Positions 29,811 to 43,985 of a stretch of DNA of 64,000 nucleotides are shown piece after piece. The translations under genes and the position numbers were made by a program. Source of the DNA: Nitrospinales bacterium (GTDB lineage Bacteria > Nitrospinota > Nitrospinia > Nitrospinales > VA-1). How positions within the stretch are numbered: the first letter of the stretch is position 1; each line of letters opens with the position of its first letter. The notes under the pieces are model-generated. The model was not told the DNA's origin. It searched no databases and was given only the letters and a program-made list of their open reading frames with translations. Location of the stretch: the NCBI GenBank assembly GCA_965223795.1, contig CBDCXL010000002.1:1312001-1376000 (forward strand), written 5' to 3'.

Positions 29811-31160
29811 ATGGAAATTGAAATCGAAGAAATCGACGCCTGTAATAAGAAGATCAAGTTCGATATTCCGCACCAGGACTATCAGAACAAAGTGACGGAT
29901 TACTACAAATCGCTGGCGCGCGAGGTGAAGGTGCCGGGATTCCGCAAGGGCAAGGTGCCGCAGTCGCTGCTGGAAAAACAGTACGGCCCGCAGGTGAAAC
30001 GGGAGGTGCTGACGCAGCTGATCAGCGACCGGGTGACCGCGGCCATCCAGGAGAAGGGCCTCAGGGCGGTGAGCCAGCCGAACCTGCTGGAAGTGCACGC
30101 CGAGGAGGGCACGGACATCACGGTGTCGGCGTCGGTCGAGGTGCTGCCGGAATTCGAGCTCGCCGATTACAGCGGCATCGAAGTCTCCATGAAGATCCCG
30201 CGCGTCACCGATGAGGAAGTGGACCTGGTGGTGGAAAGCTACCGCTCGCAAAAGGCCGAAACCAAACAGGTCACCGATCGCGCTTCGCAGAAGGACGATC
30301 TGCTCAAGATCGATTTTACCGGCACGCTCGACGGCAAAACCTTCGAAGGCGGCGAGGCCAGGGATTACGTGGTGCAGCTCGGCCAGAAGCAGTTGATCGA
30401 GGATCTGGAAAACGAACTGTACGGCATGGAGGTGGGCGGCGAAAAACAGGCGCGGGTGAAAATTCCCGATAATTACTTCAACAAGGACATTGCCGGCAAG
30501 GAGGTGGACTTCGCCATCACGCTCAAGGGGATCCAGGTCAAGGAGCTGCCGGAGGTGACGGACGCCTTCGCGCAAAACCTCGACGCCGACAAAAAATATG
30601 AAAGCGTCGCCGACATGAAAGCGAAGATCCGCGAGGACCTGGAAACGCACGAGAAAAAACAGGCGCGCAAAAACGCGCAGAAGGATCTGGCCGAAAAACT
30701 GCGGGAGATCAATCCCGTCAATCTTCCGGAAGGTCTGGTGCAGGAGCAGATCAAATTCATGGCCAAGGAAGCGCAGAAGAAAGCCGGCCAGCAGCAGGCC
30801 GGGCACACGCACGATCACGATCATGACCACGGTCACGATCACGAAGTGTCCGCCGAGGACCAGGAAAAATACCGTGAGCCCGCACTCAAGATCCTGCAGC
30901 AGGAACTGCTTGTGGACAAGCTGGCGTCGACTCTCGACATGCAGGTCTCGGCTGAGGAACTGGACGCGGAGGTCAACAATTTCATCAAGATGCTGGGCGG
31001 CGGCGACCCTGCGAAGATGAAGGCCGAATGGCAGAAAAGCGGGGTGCTGGCCAAACTGCACAACCGCATGCGCCGGGAGAAGACGTTAGAGGCGGTTTTA
31101 GACCAGGTTCAGGTCAAAGAAGAAATGGTTGACAGAAAAGAATTAATTGCTGATAATTGA
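29811..31160 (+). CDS. tig: Trigger factor
   Basis: VPGFRKGKVP ribosome-binding motif, FKBP domain; tRNA-Leu-tig-clpPX-lon synteny. Confidence 0.97.
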   Translation: MEIEIEEIDACNKKIKFDIPHQDYQNKVTDYYKSLAREVKVPGFRKGKVPQSLLEKQYGPQVKREVLTQLISDRVTAAIQEKGLRAVSQPNLLEVHAEEGTDITVSASVEVLPEFELADYSGIEVSMKIPRVTDEEVDLVVESYRSQKAETKQVTDRASQKDDLLKIDFTGTLDGKTFEGGEARDYVVQLGQKQLIEDLENELYGMEVGGEKQARVKIPDNYFNKDIAGKEVDFAITLKGIQVKELPEVTDAFAQNLDADKKYESVADMKAKIREDLETHEKKQARKNAQKDLAEKLREINPVNLPEGLVQEQIKFMAKEAQKKAGQQQAGHTHDHDHDHGHDHEVSAEDQEKYREPALKILQQELLVDKLASTLDMQVSAEELDAEVNNFIKMLGGGDPAKMKAEWQKSGVLAKLHNRMRREKTLEAVLDQVQVKEEMVDRKELIADN

Positions 31161-31190
31161 ACGGACAGACAAAGCATATCTTTATATAAT
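31129..31190 (+). promoter_or_regulatory. Putative sigma70 promoter(s) for clpP-clpX-lon
   Basis: TTGACA-N17-GATAAT (31129-31157) and CGGACA-N17-TATAAT (31162-31190). Confidence 0.65.
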
Positions 31191-31296
31191 ATAAAGAGTT
31201 ACACCTCTTCCTGTGGTTGGATTCCCGAACGCTTCCCAGGAACCGAATCCATTCTCAATCCGACACCCCCTTTGCCTTGAAAGTGATAGAATTGCT

Positions 31297-31962
31297 ATGA
31301 GCGAAATTTACAATCAGTTAGTGCCCATTGTCGTCGAACAGACCAGCCGCGGCGAGCGTTCTTATGACATTTACTCGCGGCTTTTGAAAGACCGGATCGT
31401 GTTTCTGGGAACGGCGATCGACGATCAGATCGCGAATCTCGCCATCGCCCAGCTTCTGTTTCTGGAATCCGAAGAACCGGAACAGGACATCTACATGTAT
31501 ATCAACAGCCCCGGCGGTCACGTGAGCGCCGGGCTCGGCATCTACGACACCATGCAGTACATCAAGCCGGACGTGCAGACCATCTGCATGGGCCAGGCCG
31601 CCAGCATGGGCGCGCTGCTTCTGGCGGCGGGCGCGCACGGCAAACGCTTCGCCCTGCCCCACTCGCGCATCATGATCCATCAGCCGAGCGGCGGCTTTCA
31701 GGGACAGCACTCGGACATCGAAATCCAGGCCAAGGAAATCACCCACGTGCGCCGGATTCTCGACGAAATTCTGGCCCACCACTGCAATCAGGATGTCGAA
31801 AAGGTGCACCAGGATACCGAACGCGACCGCTTCATGCGGGCTGAGGAGGCCAAGGAATACGGCCTGATCGACAGCGTGATCGAAAAGCGCGTCGAAGCCC
31901 CCGAGCTGGAAAAAGCGGTCTCCGCGGGCAAGGAGAAAAAAACGGATAAAGAGAAGAAATAA
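31297..31962 (+). CDS. clpP: ATP-dependent Clp protease proteolytic subunit
   Basis: [31 protein letters not shown]. Confidence 0.98.
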   Translation: MSEIYNQLVPIVVEQTSRGERSYDIYSRLLKDRIVFLGTAIDDQIANLAIAQLLFLESEEPEQDIYMYINSPGGHVSAGLGIYDTMQYIKPDVQTICMGQAASMGALLLAAGAHGKRFALPHSRIMIHQPSGGFQGQHSDIEIQAKEITHVRRILDEILAHHCNQDVEKVHQDTERDRFMRAEEAKEYGLIDSVIEKRVEAPELEKAVSAGKEKKTDKEKK

Positions 31963-32016
31963 CTGCAACCGCGAGGCGCGGAAGCCCGCGTCCCGCAACA
32001 TTTGTAAGGGGAATGA

Positions 32017-33264
<1,248 letters not shown>

Positions 33265-33266
33265 AC

Positions 33267-35680
<2,414 letters not shown>

Positions 35681-35684
<4 letters not shown>

Positions 35685-36126
35685 CCGGCTGCCGCCGGAG
35701 GGAAAAGGTCGCGCTTCTATTCCTGCCAAACGCAAGGCCAAGACCTGACAATCCGAAAAAGGCATACTGCCGGAGTCACCTTCCCTGCAAGCGGATGCTC
35801 TCCGCTGACCGGCTGCCGCCGGAGGGAAAAGGTCGCGCTTCTATTCCTGACAATCCGAAAAAGGCATACTGCCGGAGTCACCTTCCCTGCAAGCGGAGGC
35901 TCTCCGCTGACCGGCTGCCGCCGGAGGGAAAAGGTCGCGCTTCTATTCCTGACAATCCGAAAAAGGCATACTGCCGGAGTCACCTTCCCTGCAAGCGGAG
36001 GCTCTCCGCTGACCGGCTGCCGCCGGAGGGAAAAGGTCGCGCTTCTATTCCTGACAATCCGAAAAAGGCATACTGCCGGAGTCACCTTCCCTGCAAGCGG
36101 AGGCTCTCCGCTGACCGGCTGCCGCC
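35681..36126 (+). repeat. Tandem array of a 102-bp structured unit (~4.2 copies)
   Basis: Unit starts CTGACCGGCTGCCGCC at 35681, 35805, 35907, 36009, 36111; first unit has a 22-bp insert. Confidence 0.97.
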
Positions 36127-36238
36127 GCAGTGGTGAGGCCGCAGTGGTGAGGCAGCGCTCTCGAAAAACCCCGTCCTGCAAGATGAATTCTCCTGCGCGA
36201 ATTCTTCTGCGCGAGAGGTATCCCGGTTTTTCTATCGG

Positions 36239-37096
36239 CTATAAATCGGGGGACTCGTTTTCGTAGGGAGTTTCCTTGTCCTCTTTGAGGGCGAGGACGA
36301 AATAGTGTTCGTGGGTCAGCTGGCCGTTCACCGCATCGAGCAGCGTCGCCGCATCGGACAGAAATTTCGCGGAGCTGCCCTCGTCGACCGACCGCCCGGA
36401 AAGTTCCTCGTAGAAGTCGATCAGCGGTTCTGTCTGGACGATGAGGCGTTCGATGGACTGGAAATCGAGATCGCGTTTCTGGTTGTTCACGCGGTATTCG
36501 GCGTGCTCGATCCAGATGTCCACGTCGGCGGGAGGATTCCCCAGCTTCACCAGCTCGTCCTTGGCGGCATCGCGCCCGACGGCGGTCACTTTCTCGGAAA
36601 CGAAACGCGCCACGTTGTCCATGGGCAGCCCCTTGGCGGTCCGGCACAGGTGGCGGATGGCGAACACCATTTTGTTGAGGTTGCTGTCGAGCTGCATGCC
36701 GATGTCGGAATGGGGGCGCACCTCGGGAGAGCGCTCGAAGGTGTGCCACAGGCCTCCGGCTTTCTGCACGTCGGTCCGTTTCTGATCCAGCGGCTCAAGC
36801 CCGGCCAGGCAGGTGTCCGTGTCTTTCACTTTGCCGGTGACGCGGCTGTTGTCCACGGTGGTGAGCCGCTGCTTCAAGGTCTCGTCGAGAGGGATTTCGG
36901 CCTTCTGTTCTTCTTTGGGGTCCAGAATGGCGTCCTTGGTCTTTCTCACGGTCTCGGTGCGGACCCAGGTGTGCTCGCGCGGCGGCAGGCGCACGGCGGG
37001 TTCCTCGGTCACTTCCTGGGCGCACGCTGCCAGCAGGCCACAGGCTATGAGTGCCGCGCCGCTCAGCGCGACGGCGTTTCGCATCAACATGCTCAT
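36239..37096 (-). CDS. Hypothetical lipoprotein
   Basis: Signal peptide with LLAAC lipobox; typical codon bias. Confidence 0.8.
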   Translation of the reverse strand: MSMLMRNAVALSGAALIACGLLAACAQEVTEEPAVRLPPREHTWVRTETVRKTKDAILDPKEEQKAEIPLDETLKQRLTTVDNSRVTGKVKDTDTCLAGLEPLDQKRTDVQKAGGLWHTFERSPEVRPHSDIGMQLDSNLNKMVFAIRHLCRTAKGLPMDNVARFVSEKVTAVGRDAAKDELVKLGNPPADVDIWIEHAEYRVNNQKRDLDFQSIERLIVQTEPLIDFYEELSGRSVDEGSSAKFLSDAATLLDAVNGQLTHEHYFVLALKEDKETPYENESPDL

Positions 37097-37350
37097 CCTC
37101 GTTGCGGTCCGTAATGGGTGTCTTCTTGTTATACACCAATCACTCGTTTTGTGCAGTGACCGGGATGGTTTTTTTCACGACACCTCTCTCCCCTGGCCGC
37201 GCGCGTCCGCTTTCTCCTTGAATTCATGGCGTTTGCATATTGCGCGGCGGGATTGCGGCGGACATTCGAACGGCGATGATTTCAAACTTTAGTAAACCGG
37301 CCGCAAGGCCGATAGGTACGAAAACGCTGTGTTTTGTCGAACTCATGCCG

Positions 37351-37902
37351 ATGCGAATCCTCCTTTCACTGTCATTCATCATTTTCGCCCTCACTGCCTG
37401 CGAAGTGAAGCTGGGCCCTTCGGACATCTGGTCCAAGTGGTTCAAAACGCAGACCGACTCCACCTATTACCAGGAAAAGGCGGAGGAGCTGGTCAAGGAC
37501 ATTTCCCAGGACAGCCTGGAATACGAAATCAACAAGGTGGCGGTGATCGATCTGGTCAACGACAAGGGCAAGGCGCCGGTTCTGGGCGACTACCTGTCCT
37601 CGCGGGTGATCGAGGCGATCGCGCGCAAGCGGGTGTTTCGCGTCGCGCAGAAGGGGGAGGTGCGGGATGTGCTCACGCAGCTCAACCTGCCCGCTTCGTT
37701 TTCCTACACGCGCGGGGAGTTGAAAAGCCTGGGTTCGGCGCTCAACTCGCAGGCCATCGTGACGGGCAAGTTCACCGACCTCGGCACCAACCTCGATGTC
37801 CACCTGACGCTGATCGACGTGGTCAGCGGCGAGGTGATCGCCTCTTCCACGGAACCGCTCACACGCACGAAGTTCGCTGTGGAAATGCTGCGCCACTACT
37901 GA
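37351..37902 (+). CDS. FlgO/CsgG-like outer-membrane lipoprotein
   Basis: LTAC lipobox; KVAVIDLVN, AIVTGKFT, LIDVVSGEVIAS. Confidence 0.75.
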   Translation: MRILLSLSFIIFALTACEVKLGPSDIWSKWFKTQTDSTYYQEKAEELVKDISQDSLEYEINKVAVIDLVNDKGKAPVLGDYLSSRVIEAIARKRVFRVAQKGEVRDVLTQLNLPASFSYTRGELKSLGSALNSQAIVTGKFTDLGTNLDVHLTLIDVVSGEVIASSTEPLTRTKFAVEMLRHY

Positions 37903-37977
37903 CCGGGTTCCACCGGGTCCCACCCGGTGGGTGCAGGTCGCACTTTCATTCCAGACTCTCTGACACAGGCATACTGC
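37899..37977 (+). repeat. Diverged copy of the ~100-bp intergenic element
   Basis: CCGGG..CCCGGTGGG..AGGTCGCACTTTCATTCCAGAC..AGGCATACTGC aligns to lon unit AGGTCGCGCTTCTATTCCTGAC..AGGCATACTGC. Confidence 0.8.
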
Positions 37978-38070
37978 ATTTACCGTCTTCACTTCTGAGC
38001 GAAAATCTCCCCTGACGGGTTAGTTACCTCAAATTCAATCAAGCACGGAAAAAAAGGAAGCGGGGTTTCA

Positions 38071-40035
38071 TCAGGCTTCTTCTTCGGCGAGGGCGTTTTT
38101 GTAGCGGGACAGCGCCATGAGGGGGAAGTAGTGCTGGTACATGTGGTATTTGATGAAGAAGTGCTGCGGAAAGCCGGTGCCGGTGAACTGATCCTCCGAC
38201 CAGCTGCCTTGCTCGTTCTGCCGTTCGAGCAAATAGCGGGCGCCGCCGAACGCCGCCGGATGCCGGGCTTTGCCCGCGGCCACCAGACCCAGCAGCGCCC
38301 ACGCGGTCTGCGAGGCGGTGCTCTCGCCCTTGCCGCGCAGGGTGGGGTCGGCGTAGCTTTCGCAGGTCTCGCCCCAGCCGCCGTCATCGTTCTGGTGCGC
38401 TTCCAGCCAGGCGACGGCTTTGCCGATGCGGGGATGGTCCCGGTTCTCTCCCATGGAGCGGAGCCCGTTTAGAGCGAGGAAGGTGCCGTAGATGTAGTTG
38501 ACGCCCCAGCGTCCCCACCAGCAGCCGTCGGGCTCCTGCCGCTCAAGCACGAAATTCAGCGCTTTTTTCACCTGCGGATGCGCGCGGTCGAACCCGAGCC
38601 GTCCCAGGCACCACAGGATGCGGCTGGACACGTCCACGGTGGGCGGGTCCAGCAGCGCCTTGTGGTCGGCGAACGGCACTTCGTTGAAAATTTCTTTATC
38701 GTTGTCGATGTCGAACGCGCCCCAGCCGCCGTTTTGGCTCTGCATGCTCAACAGCCAGCTGAGCGCCCGCTGGCTTTCCTTGAGCTTGAAGCGCACGTCC
38801 GGCAGTTTAAGCCGGTCCAGCGCGATGAGGATCTCGGCGGTGTCGTCGGTGTCGGGGTAGCCTTCGTTGTAAAACTCGAACGCCCAGCCGCCCGGTTCGG
38901 GGTGCGGGTTTTTCACCTGCCAGTCGCCCGGCTTGACGATCTGCTTGCTCAGGATCCACTCTCCCGCCCGCACCAGGTCGGGGTGATCGGCGGGCATGCC
39001 GGAATCCAGCAATGCGTTGAGGGTGATGGCGGTGTCCCACAGCGGCGACACGCAGGCCTGAAAGTTCAGGCACTCGCCTTCGTCGATGATGAACCGCTCG
39101 ATCGCTTCCATGCCCTTGACGCAGGCGGGGTCGTCCTTGGGGTAGCCCAGGTGGTGCAGCGCCAAAAGCGAATTGAGCATGGCGGGCTGGATGCCGGCGA
39201 AGTCGCCTTCGTCCTCCTGGTGATCGAGAATCCACCGTTCGGCCTTTTTGAGTGCCAGGCGGCGGAACGGTTTGACGGGGGATTTTCCCAGCCATTTGAA
39301 AAACCGGTCGAGGTGGATGAAAAAGTTCTTCCAGGAGCTGAACAGGCCGCCGTCGGGATGGAAGCCGAGATCGGCGTCGCTTTCGCGGAACAGTTCTTTA
39401 ATGTCCCTGCCTTCCGGCAGACGGTGCACGGGCTTGTGCGCCAGCACCACGGATAGCGGCACCACGGTGCCGCGCGACCAGCTTGAGATTTCGTAGATGT
39501 TGATCCCCAGCCAGTTGGGCAGCAGCACGAATTCCACGGGCACCGCCGGCGGCACGTCCCAGGGAATCTGCCCGAACAGGGCGAGAAAGATTTTGGTGAA
39601 CACGCGGGTCTTTTTGATGCCGCCGTTGGCCCACACGGCCTCGCGGGCTTTCACCATCGCCGGATGGTCCGCCGGGTAGCCCGCGATCTTGAGCGCGAAA
39701 TAGCTTTCCACTGTGGAGTTGATGTCGCAGGGGCCGCCGTGGTACAGGGGCCAGCTGCCGTCCTCGCGCTGTTTCTTGAGCAGGTAGTTGGCGAATTTTT
39801 CCTGCTTGTCCAGGTCCACGCGGTCGGTGAAGTGCATGAAAAAGATCAGCTCCGCCGTGATGGTGGCGTTGGATTCGAGTTCGTCCACCCAATACCCGGC
39901 CCCGCTCTGGCGGGACAATAAAAAGCGCCGCGATCGTTCGATGCCCTCCTCGAGCAGGGTGCGGAACTGGGGATCTTTTCGGGTTTCGGGTCCGGCCTCG
40001 GTCTGCTGGGTCCCGGAAGGGGTCAACTCGTTCAT
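38071..40035 (-). CDS. shc: Squalene-hopene cyclase
   Basis: YPDTDDTA (DxDD), QW repeats (QREDGSW, QNDDGGWGE), GRWGVNYIYGT, FTGTGFP. Confidence 0.97.
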   Translation of the reverse strand: MNELTPSGTQQTEAGPETRKDPQFRTLLEEGIERSRRFLLSRQSGAGYWVDELESNATITAELIFFMHFTDRVDLDKQEKFANYLLKKQREDGSWPLYHGGPCDINSTVESYFALKIAGYPADHPAMVKAREAVWANGGIKKTRVFTKIFLALFGQIPWDVPPAVPVEFVLLPNWLGINIYEISSWSRGTVVPLSVVLAHKPVHRLPEGRDIKELFRESDADLGFHPDGGLFSSWKNFFIHLDRFFKWLGKSPVKPFRRLALKKAERWILDHQEDEGDFAGIQPAMLNSLLALHHLGYPKDDPACVKGMEAIERFIIDEGECLNFQACVSPLWDTAITLNALLDSGMPADHPDLVRAGEWILSKQIVKPGDWQVKNPHPEPGGWAFEFYNEGYPDTDDTAEILIALDRLKLPDVRFKLKESQRALSWLLSMQSQNGGWGAFDIDNDKEIFNEVPFADHKALLDPPTVDVSSRILWCLGRLGFDRAHPQVKKALNFVLERQEPDGCWWGRWGVNYIYGTFLALNGLRSMGENRDHPRIGKAVAWLEAHQNDDGGWGETCESYADPTLRGKGESTASQTAWALLGLVAAGKARHPAAFGGARYLLERQNEQGSWSEDQFTGTGFPQHFFIKYHMYQHYFPLMALSRYKNALAEEEA

Positions 40036-40205
40036 GGATGCCTTTGCGGTTGAATTTGCACAGCCGATAAAATATATCATTTCCCGGCCAAAAGCACACG
40101 ACTTTGCGCGGCGCCGGGTTCACGGGCCGGGGGCCCTCACACCATGCGGCACGCGGGGTGCTTGCCGCTGTTTGCCGCCGGGGATATCGGCCTGCTAATA
40201 ATTGT

Positions 40206-40234
40206 TTGACAAAAAGGGCCCGAATCCCTAGTAT
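40206..40234 (+). promoter_or_regulatory. Sigma70 promoter of rplM-rpsI
   Basis: TTGACA-N17-TAGTAT ending 48 bp before rplM. Confidence 0.75.
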
Positions 40235-40282
40235 TGAGGGTTTACGAAACCCGATGCAACGATCCTGAAACAGAAAGAACCC

Positions 40283-40711
40283 ATGAAAACCTATTCGGCG
40301 AAAAAAGGCACCGTGGATAAAAAATGGGTGCTCATCGACGCGGCGGATCAGTCGCTGGGCCGGGTGGCCAGCAAGGCGGCGGCGATTATCCGCGGCAAGA
40401 CCAAACCCATTTTCACCCCGCATGTGGACACGGGCGACAACGTCATCATCATCAACGCGGCCAAGGTCCGGTTGAGCGGCAAAAAATGGGACCAGAAAAT
40501 CTATTACCACCACAGCGGCTACCCCGGCGGAATCAAATCGACCACCGCCCAGGAGATCCGCGAAAAGCGGCCGTCCAACCTGTTGAAAAAAGCCATCACC
40601 GGCATGCTGCCGAAAAACCGGCTGGGGCGATCCCTGCACAGCAATTTCCGGATTTACGACGATGCGGCGCATCCGCACGTCGGGCAGAAACCGGAAACGG
40701 TGACGCTGTGA
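40283..40711 (+). CDS. rplM: 50S ribosomal protein L13
   Basis: LGRVAS..RGKTKP.FTPHVDTGD, HSGYPGG, GMLPKN. Confidence 0.99.
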   Translation: MKTYSAKKGTVDKKWVLIDAADQSLGRVASKAAAIIRGKTKPIFTPHVDTGDNVIIINAAKVRLSGKKWDQKIYYHHSGYPGGIKSTTAQEIREKRPSNLLKKAITGMLPKNRLGRSLHSNFRIYDDAAHPHVGQKPETVTL

Positions 40712-40769
40712 GCCGGATTTCCCAGACCCATAAACCCATTCTCGCCGAATACAGATAAGGAGCAGATTC

Positions 40770-41168
40770 ATGGAGGTTGTCGTTGAAAAGTTTTACGCCA
40801 CGGGCAAGCGGAAGGAATCGATCGCCAAAGTCTGGCTGGAGCCGGGCGACGGCAAGGTCACGGTGAACAAGCGGGACATCCACGATTATTTCAAACGGGA
40901 AAGCCTGGAACGCACCGTGAAGCAGCCGCTCATCCTCACCGACACCCTCGAAACCCTGGACGTGATCGCCACGGTGCGCGGCGGCGGGCTGTCCGGCCAG
41001 TCCGGCGCTCTGAGGCTCGGCATCGCCCGGGCGCTGATCGAGAGCAATGCGGATCTGCGCTCCAAGCTCAAGGCCGCCGGTTTTCTGACCCGCGACTCCC
41101 GCGAAGTGGAGCGTAAAAAATACGGCCGTCCCGGCGCGCGTAAAAAGTTTCAGTTCTCCAAGCGTTGA
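40770..41168 (+). CDS. rpsI: 30S ribosomal protein S9
   Basis: [31 protein letters not shown]. Confidence 0.99.
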   Translation: MEVVVEKFYATGKRKESIAKVWLEPGDGKVTVNKRDIHDYFKRESLERTVKQPLILTDTLETLDVIATVRGGGLSGQSGALRLGIARALIESNADLRSKLKAAGFLTRDSREVERKKYGRPGARKKFQFSKR

Positions 41169-41261
41169 TCGTTATTTCTTCTTTACGAATCCTGCGCCGG
41201 GAGAGTTTCCGGTGTTTCAGGATCTCCCCGCGCTTTATTTTCCCTTAATTCCATCCTTGCC

Positions 41262-42299
41262 ATGACAAACGTCGGCATTGCAGGCGCAAGCGGCTACACG
41301 GGCCTGGAGCTGGTGCGGCTTCTGCTCAGGCACCCGAAGGTGACGCTTTCGGTTGTGACTTCGGAGACCTACCAGGGCAAAGCGCTGAGCGCGGTGTTCC
41401 CGGCTTTCGGCAAACAGACGGCGCTGTCCTTCGTGCCGTTGAGCGTGGAGGCGGTGCGCGGGCTGGATGTGCTGTTTCTCGCCCTGCCCCACACCACGGC
41501 GATCGACAGGGTGCCGGAGTTTCTCGACGCGGGCCTCAAGGTGATCGACCTGAGCGCCGATTACCGCCTCGCCTCGGCCGATGTGTTTGCCCAGTGGTAC
41601 AAGGTGCCGCACACGCAACCGGACACGCTCAAACGCGCGGTGTACGGCCTGCCGGAGCTGCATCGGGAACGCATCCGGGAAGCCCGGCTTGTGGCCAATC
41701 CGGGCTGCTACCCCACGGGGGCGATCCTGGCGCTGGCGCCGCTGATGGTCTCGGGCTGGATCGATGCGGACTCGATCGTCGCCGACTGCAAGTCGGGCGT
41801 CTCGGGCGCCGGCAGAAAACCCTCGCTGACGACGCAGTTCGCCGAGTGCAACGAAGCGGTGTCCGCCTACAGCCTGACGACGCACCGGCACACGCCGGAG
41901 ATCGAGCAGGAGCTTTCCGGGCTGGCGGACAAGCCGGTGCGGATCTCGTTTTCGCCGCACCTGATGCCGATGACGCGCGGGCTGCTGAGCACGGTGTACG
42001 CGCGCACGCAAGCCGGGCTGGCGTATTCGGATGTGCTGAACGCATACAAAAAATTTTACAAGGACGCGCCGTTCGTGCGGTTTCTGGAGGAAGGCACGTT
42101 CGCCAGCACGCACCACGTCGCCGGTTCGAACTACTGCGACCTGGGCCTTGCGGTCGACGCGCGCACGGACCGGATCGTCGTCACCAGCGCCATCGACAAT
42201 CTGGTGAAGGGCGCCGCCGGGCAGGCGGTGCAGAACCTGAACCTGATGCTGGGCTTTGAGGAAACCACGGCGCTGGAATTTCCCGGAATCTTCCCCTGA
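41262..42299 (+). CDS. argC: N-acetyl-gamma-glutamyl-phosphate reductase
   Basis: GASGYTG, ANPGCYPT, SGVSGAGR, DNLVKGAAGQA. Confidence 0.98.
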   Translation: MTNVGIAGASGYTGLELVRLLLRHPKVTLSVVTSETYQGKALSAVFPAFGKQTALSFVPLSVEAVRGLDVLFLALPHTTAIDRVPEFLDAGLKVIDLSADYRLASADVFAQWYKVPHTQPDTLKRAVYGLPELHRERIREARLVANPGCYPTGAILALAPLMVSGWIDADSIVADCKSGVSGAGRKPSLTTQFAECNEAVSAYSLTTHRHTPEIEQELSGLADKPVRISFSPHLMPMTRGLLSTVYARTQAGLAYSDVLNAYKKFYKDAPFVRFLEEGTFASTHHVAGSNYCDLGLAVDARTDRIVVTSAIDNLVKGAAGQAVQNLNLMLGFEETTALEFPGIFP

Positions 42300-42300
42300 C

Positions 42301-43518
42301 ATGACTCGCGACGCTTCCACAACGCGCCTGCCGCAGGTGCCCGGCTTTCAGGCGGCGGGCCTGCACTGCGGCATCAAACCGAAAACGGACAAGGACCTGG
42401 CGCTCATCGTCTCGGAGGTCCCCGCCACGGCGGCCGGGGTGTTCACGCGCAACCGGGTGGTGTCTCCCAGTGTGGTGTGGAGCCAGCGGGCGCTGAAAAA
42501 GAACGACCGCGTGCGGGCGGTGCTGGTCAACAGCGGCAACGCCAACGCCTGCGTCGGTCCGCGGGGAATGAAGCACTGCCAGACGCTTGCCAGGCTCACG
42601 GCGGCGGAACTGGGCATCGCCCCCCACGAAGTGCTGATCGCCTCGACGGGGGTGATCGGCGTGCCGCTGCCCATCGACACGGTGACGCGCGGCCTGCCGC
42701 AGCTCACGCAGTCGCTTTCCTCCAAGGCCGAGGCCTGGAAGGATGCGGCGGACGCGATCCTGACGACGGATCTGGTCGCCAAGACGGCGGTGCTCGATTT
42801 CAAGCTGAAACAAAAAAACGTCGTGATCGGCGGCCTCTGCAAGGGATCGGGCATGATCCATCCCGATATGGCGACGATGCTGGCGTTCGTGCACACCGAC
42901 GCCGCGGTTTCGCCGGAGGCGCTCAGGCAGGCGCTGGCGCGCGCGAACGCGGTTTCCTTCAACAGCATCACGGTGGACGGCGACACCTCGACCAACGACT
43001 GCGCGTTCGTGCTGGCCAACGGTCAGGCGGACAACCCGCCGATCCTTCCCGATACGAAAGAATACGATCTGTTCGTCGAAGCGCTGATCCAGGTGTGCCG
43101 CAGCCTGGCGGTGCAGATCGTGCGCGACGGCGAAGGCGCCACGAAATTCGTGACGGTACAGGTGACCGGCGCACGCACGGAAACGCACGCGACGCAAATC
43201 GCCAAAACCGTGGCGTCCTCGTCTCTGGTCAAGACCGCCCTGTTCGGCGAGGACCCCAACTGGGGCCGCATCCTGGCCGCGGTGGGTTACGCCGGGGTGC
43301 CGGTGAACGCGGACAGGCTCTCCATCTCGGTCAACGGCGCGCTGCTGTTCAAAAACGGCACGCCCGCCCAGGACGCGCCGGAAACGCTGCGCCACAAGAT
43401 GCAGAGCCAGTCTCTGCTGATCGCCATCGATCTCAACAACGGCGACGCGCGCGCCGAGGTCTACACCTGCGACCTGTCCTACGACTACATCCGCATCAAC
43501 GCCGAATACACCACCTGA
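42301..43518 (+). CDS. argJ: Glutamate N-acetyltransferase/ornithine acetyltransferase
   Basis: NSGNANAC, KGSGMIHPDMATML, DTSTND, RDGEGATK, INAEYTT. Confidence 0.98.
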   Translation: MTRDASTTRLPQVPGFQAAGLHCGIKPKTDKDLALIVSEVPATAAGVFTRNRVVSPSVVWSQRALKKNDRVRAVLVNSGNANACVGPRGMKHCQTLARLTAAELGIAPHEVLIASTGVIGVPLPIDTVTRGLPQLTQSLSSKAEAWKDAADAILTTDLVAKTAVLDFKLKQKNVVIGGLCKGSGMIHPDMATMLAFVHTDAAVSPEALRQALARANAVSFNSITVDGDTSTNDCAFVLANGQADNPPILPDTKEYDLFVEALIQVCRSLAVQIVRDGEGATKFVTVQVTGARTETHATQIAKTVASSSLVKTALFGEDPNWGRILAAVGYAGVPVNADRLSISVNGALLFKNGTPAQDAPETLRHKMQSQSLLIAIDLNNGDARAEVYTCDLSYDYIRINAEYTT

Positions 43519-43681
43519 CCGGGCCCCGCCCGGTGGGAAAAGGTCCAACCGCATCAAGCAAACGAACTTGAATCGGCACACTGCTGGTGTCCCCTGTCTT
43601 GCCAGCGGAGGCACTCCGCCGGCCCACGGCCGGTGGGAATGGGTCGATCCTTCAATTGCTGACGATCGTCAAAGGGCATAC
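43515..43681 (+). repeat. Two diverged tandem copies of the ~100-bp element
   Basis: CTGACCGGG..CCCGGTGGGAAAAGGTC..GGCACACTGCTGG..GCGGAGGCACTCCGC then CCGG..CCGGTGGGAATGGGTC..GCTGACGATC..GGCATAC. Confidence 0.85.
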
Positions 43682-43985
43682 GACCCAATTCCTCTGCCTA
43701 GCCTGCGGAGGCAGGTCGATCTTTCCCTGACGGGCAATCTTTCAATGCCCGGCTTTTGCCTTTGGTTCCTTTGTGAGCCCGGTCACACGGTGTGCCGCGC
43801 CCTGCAAAGGGCCGAAATTCCAATCGGTTGTCCCTGCTCGGCAGCCGGTGCCCTGAAATTTCTCCGGGTCCGGGGAGGTATTTGCCATGACAATTTTCTG
43901 TCGATGGTTTAGAATTTCCCGATAGCCCTTTTTAATCAATTCCATTGCAAACGCAACGCGTTTCGCCGAAGGTGCCTCTTAAGCC

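Noticed and set aside
43690..43985. Possible 6S RNA, riboswitch or 67-aa ORF between argJ and def
   Set aside because: No recognisable conserved motif or convincing long hairpin by eye; an Rfam scan is needed
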